Positions 60,283 to 64,000 of a DNA stretch of 64,000 nt are shown piece by piece. Origin of the DNA: an uncultured delta proteobacterium (GTDB taxonomy: Bacteria; Desulfobacterota; Zymogenia; Zymogenales; Zymogenaceae); NCBI GenBank assembly GCA_963735595.1, contig CAVTLK010000004.1, forward strand, positions 224,001-288,000, in the 5' to 3' direction. The notes beneath the pieces are model-generated. The model made no database searches and was not told the DNA's origin. It saw only the letters and a program-made list of their open reading frames with translations. Each line of letters starts with the position of its first letter. Position 1 is the first letter of the stretch. A program made the position numbers and the translations under genes.

Positions 60283-61206
60283 TTACTCCCCCGCTATCGC
60301 GGGCCGGCTTCCGGCGGCCCCCCGGGGAGCGGGGCGGCGGGCGTCATTATAAAACCAGATGTGGCGGGCGCGGCGGGCGTCGCGACGGTCTCCTTCTCCC
60401 ACGGGGATGAGAATTTCGCGGACCGGGACCCTGTTCCTGTGGTAGGTGTAGCCCCCGAAAAAGCCGATGACCAGAAATACCAGCGCGGTGACGACGGGTA
60501 TCATCAGCGTCGCGAGATCGAGGCCCGGGGACGCCTTCTTCGGGACGAGGATGGGCCTGGGCGGGGCGGCGGCGTCCCGGCGCGGGGCGGCGTCTTCGGG
60601 CGGCGCGGTACCCTTCCGGGCGTCCTCCCGGCCTTCCGCCGGCGCACCGGCGGCCGGGGGCGGGGGAGGCGCGGGCTGATCGGGGGCCGTCGTTCCGTCC
60701 GGGACGGGGTCGGACGCCGGAGGAGGGGAGGCCGTGGCGCGGCTCCTCTTTCTTTACCGGTGCCGCATCGTGTGCCGGGGGCGGGGCGACGAGCGGCGGC
60801 GTCCTTCGGTTTTGGCGGGGGGCGGGTGCGGTCCCGTCGGCCGCGGGAGGCGCGCCGTCCTTTGGTTTTTCGGCAGGGGCCGCCGTTGCGGCCGGGACGG
60901 GGTCGGGCGCCGGTGGAGGGGAGGCCGTGACGGGCTCCTTTTTCTTCACGGGGGCGGCGGGGCGTGACGGCGGGGGCGCGGGCCCGGCGGGGGCCGTCTT
61001 TGGCCTATCGACGGGTGGGGCGGCGGTCGCCTTGGGGGCCGGGTGGACACCGGCCAGGGCATCGGGGGCGATCCCGACGCCGTCCTGCCCCTTTTCACGA
61101 AAAACGGTTTCTTGCACTGGAGGCAATCGACGGTGCGGCCCGCATCCGGGACCATGCTGTCCTTCAGAGTGCCCGTGAACCCGCAATGTGGACAAATAGC
61201 CTGCAT
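60283..61206 (-). CDS. Zinc-ribbon, Pro/Ala-rich membrane-anchored protein (multiple frameshifts; end uncertain)
   Basis: MQAICPHC...CLQCKKPF, then a low-complexity Pro-rich linker and a TM helix in other frames. Confidence 0.55.
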
Positions 61207-61465
61207 CTATGAACCTCGCGTGATCCCGAAGGGTGACAGTAGAAGGATAAACGTATGCTGAAACCGTGTCAAGCCTATTAATAGGCGTTCCGGGGGCGGC
61301 GGGGTGTGATTTATATCACACTTTGGCGTCATTGCGGGGGAATCCGATTCTGTTACGGAAATGAGTCAAAAGGGGACTTTACTCTTTTCCTTCTTGTTTA
61401 CAGGAAACCGGCGGGGTGCTATATTCCCGGTCATGGAAACGGTGCGGACCGTACAGGAAGGACGA

Positions 61466-62338
61466 ATGAATAAAAGGCACATATCCGTGGTGATTACCGA
61501 CCTGGACAACACCCTGTTCGACTGGTTCGGGATCTGGTACCGGTGCTTTCGGCCGATGCTGGGCGAGATCGTGAGGATAAGCGGCGTGCCGGAGGAGACG
61601 ATCATCGGGGAGATACAAGCGGTCCACCGGAAATACGGGACCACGGAATACGCGTTCCTCATCGAGGAGCTCCCGTCGGTCAGGCAGCGGCACCCCGGCG
61701 GGAACATACCCGAGATCTACGCGAGCGCCATCGAGGCCTACCGGGAAAACCGGCGGCGGCACCTGAGGCTCTACCCCACGGTGATGGAGACGCTCGCCGC
61801 GATAAAGGAGGCGGGCTGCCTGCTGGTGGCCTACACGGAATCGGTGGAATTCTACACGAATTACCGGGTCAGGAAGCTCGGGCTGGACGGCGTGATCGAT
61901 ATCGTCTATTCCCCGAAAGACCACGAGGTGCCGGAGGGCTTCGCGCGCGCCTACCCGCCGGAGGCCTACGCGTTTGCCCGGACGGTGCAGCGGCACACGC
62001 CCGAAAACGAATACAAGCCCAACCCGGAGGTCCTGCTGGGCATCATCGGCGACATCGGCGCCCCGAAGGACGAGGTGCTCTACGTGGGCGACAGCCTGGC
62101 CAAGGACGTGCTGATGGCCCGGGCCGCCGGCGTGCTGGACGTGTTCGCCGCGTACGGCCGGGCGCAGGAACGGGAGGTGTATGACCTGCTGGCGCGCGTC
62201 ACCCACTGGACGGCGGAGATGGTCGAGAGGGAACGGTCCGTCGGCGCGAAAGACGTTGCGCCGAGCATTACGCTGGCGGGGGAATTCGCCGAGATACGCG
62301 AGCACGTCGATTTCGCGGGGTTTGGGGGGAGGGGGTGA
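61466..62338 (+). CDS. HAD-superfamily hydrolase
   Basis: DLDNTL, YTES, KPNP, YVGDS..KD. Confidence 0.88.
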   Translation: MNKRHISVVITDLDNTLFDWFGIWYRCFRPMLGEIVRISGVPEETIIGEIQAVHRKYGTTEYAFLIEELPSVRQRHPGGNIPEIYASAIEAYRENRRRHLRLYPTVMETLAAIKEAGCLLVAYTESVEFYTNYRVRKLGLDGVIDIVYSPKDHEVPEGFARAYPPEAYAFARTVQRHTPENEYKPNPEVLLGIIGDIGAPKDEVLYVGDSLAKDVLMARAAGVLDVFAAYGRAQEREVYDLLARVTHWTAEMVERERSVGAKDVAPSITLAGEFAEIREHVDFAGFGGRG

Positions 62339-62353
62339 GGGCTCCCGCTCGAT

Positions 62354-62410
62354 TCACCGTCATTGCGAGGAGGCCCCGACGGGGCGTGGCAATCCCCTGA
62401 CTGTCACCGG
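62354..62410. repeat. GTCATTGCGAG-family repeat
   Basis: CGTCATTGCGAGGAGG...GTGGCAATCCCCTGACTGTCACCG. Confidence 0.8.
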
Positions 62411-62564
62411 GAGTCGTGTAAGTGTTTCTATTTGCTTAAGTAAGCTTGTAAGGCTTCAAACTTAGCAAAGTTAATCTGGGGGATAGAAAAGGAGGCGTGG
62501 GTTTACGATTCCGCGGTTGTCAGGAGTGTAGACCTGACCTTATGGGCCTTACAATTGAGGGGGG

Positions 62565-63513
62565 TTATGTTACCTTTTTGATTGAATTTCTTCTATCCGC
62601 TTTAGACAGTTCATCAACATATCCGACTGTTTCAGAAAGTCCCGGTCTATAATTCGTTGGATGCGCACATTCATTTCTCTTGCTTAAAAGGCCATGGATT
62701 GAATTCATTTCTGATTTTGAAAATACTTTTATTTCACGTAACATTATTATGATTGCATGCTCAGTTACATTTTCTCTCAAATCATCTATATTTTCTATCT
62801 TCAATTTTGATAAGTTCTCTTTGTCGGCAATAATTTTCTTTATTCCATAAGCAGTCAATTGGTCTCCCAGGTAATCCATAAATCCTATCCAGGCAACAAC
62901 GTGTGCCGCACCAAAAATCCCATTTTCAATGCATACTTGAGCCTGTCTAAACAACTCACTTTGCTGATCAGAGAGCTTATTGCCTTGCTTTTTAGTATCA
63001 TCTGAGATCGTTTTAGCTTCAACTTTATTTTCACTTTTCTTAGGAACTGTTGCTTCCTGTTTTTTTTCTTCACTTTTCGGTTTATCACCAAAATCGGCTA
63101 AAGAGCACAAATATAAAAATGTTCTTTTAGCTTTAGTAATATCTTCACCTTCCAAGGATGAATTTTCTCGGAAATAATCGGCTAATTCTAATTTACTTTT
63201 CGTATGTGCGTCCGGGAATTTTGCAAACAATTCTTGATAGTTCTTTTTTATTGCTTTTGCCAAAGCCTTTTTAGGGCTCTTCGAAGATTTATATCCAATC
63301 CAAACGGAAGTAGGTTTTTTAGCGTCATCAATAAAACCTGTGAATTTAAGTATTTGAAACATACCCGAGCTGATCTTCATTATCCAAATCAAGAAAATTA
63401 AACCACGCACCATTTACCTCTTTCGGGACATCTACTTTCCTTATTTCCGACATTAGTTTATTAAGTTTATTAAGTTTCCCCACTGATTCAATATACGGAA
63501 ATGTTTCACTCAT
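62565..63513 (-). CDS. DUF5343-like N-terminal domain fused to a HEPN-like RNase domain (AT-rich; frameshift near 63365)
   Basis: Start MSETFPYIESVGKL at 63513. LKFTGFID...PT, YQELF..FPDAH and TF..LCSLADF fit DUF5343. The C-terminal RNECAH fits the HEPN RxxxxH motif. Confidence 0.65.
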
Positions 63514-63820
63514 TATTCACCTGGAGGTTGTCTTAGTTCTTAGGACAGGGAACAGGGGTTTAAAAGTGGGAGACTGCTCTGTGTTAAGGTTCATGCCGTA
63601 GCCTGTTTCTGCGATTCTATGCCGTGGTAAACCATAGTCGGGTCTTTCTGTAAAAAGTTGTTACGTCAAATACCCCGGTTAGCCAGAAGGATAAATCCAT
63701 ACTAAACAAGTGTCAAGCATTTTTCGATAAGGAAATCTATCTGTATGAATAGAGTGGAAGAATGTATTAAGAGTTCTCTTTATACCAGTCTCGGGCGTCG
63801 TATACAGCACAAACCACACT

Positions 63821-64000
63821 CGTCGTTGCGAGGGAGTGAAACGACCGCGGCAATCTCATCACCGTCGGAGACAATAAGGAGTTAATGGCCTTTGGCAACT
63901 GAGAGATTGCCGCGTCGGGCTTTCGCCCTCCTCGCAATGACGGGATGGGTACTCGGTGAAAGTCAGAAAGGTTGCTTCGTCACTTCCCTCCTCGCAATGA
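63821..64000. repeat. GTCATTGCGAG-family doublet plus an extra arm
   Basis: GTCGTTGCGAG..GCGGCAATCTC...GAGATTGCCGC..CTCGCAATGAC, then GTTGCTTCG..CTCGCAATGA. Confidence 0.85.

Noticed and set aside
63665..63690. GTCAAATACCCC resembling an IS200/IS605 (IscB) end
   Set aside because: No following hairpin and no tnpA, tnpB or iscB gene.

Overview
This is a GC-rich bacterial chromosomal window. Gene order and content point to a Desulfobacterota/deltaproteobacterial-type anaerobe (inference). 1-29 kb holds acyl-CoA and organic-acid metabolism genes: several AMP-forming acyl-CoA ligases, a GNAT, a two-subunit biotin-dependent carboxylase, ttcA-tsaC-M28-symporter, an orphan PTS enzyme I, and a VOC/4Fe-4S/ligase/BKACE/CoA-transferase cluster. 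29.8-47.5 kb is housekeeping: purL-purQ, rpmH-rnpA-yidC-jag-mnmE, two parS sites, parA-parB, a bactofilin and atpF'FHAGDC. No dnaA, yidD, mnmG or rsmG lies next to this block. 47.6-64 kb is accessory and rich in palindromic repeats. It contains a TetR, a lexA-DUF6504-like-dinB cassette, an EpeE/YydG-like radical SAM pair, a sensor kinase, zinc-ribbon/TM2/V4R proteins, a HAD hydrolase and an AT-rich DUF5343-HEPN fusion. The main leads are the 93-bp inverted repeats that bracket lexA, the candidate defence gene bounded by repeats, and a FadR(YsiA)-like box at the ATP synthase promoter. Many genes at 1-18 kb and 60-64 kb carry single-base frameshifts, probably assembly errors. No tRNA, rRNA, CRISPR array or transposase was seen. 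All family calls come from motif recognition by eye; no database search was run.
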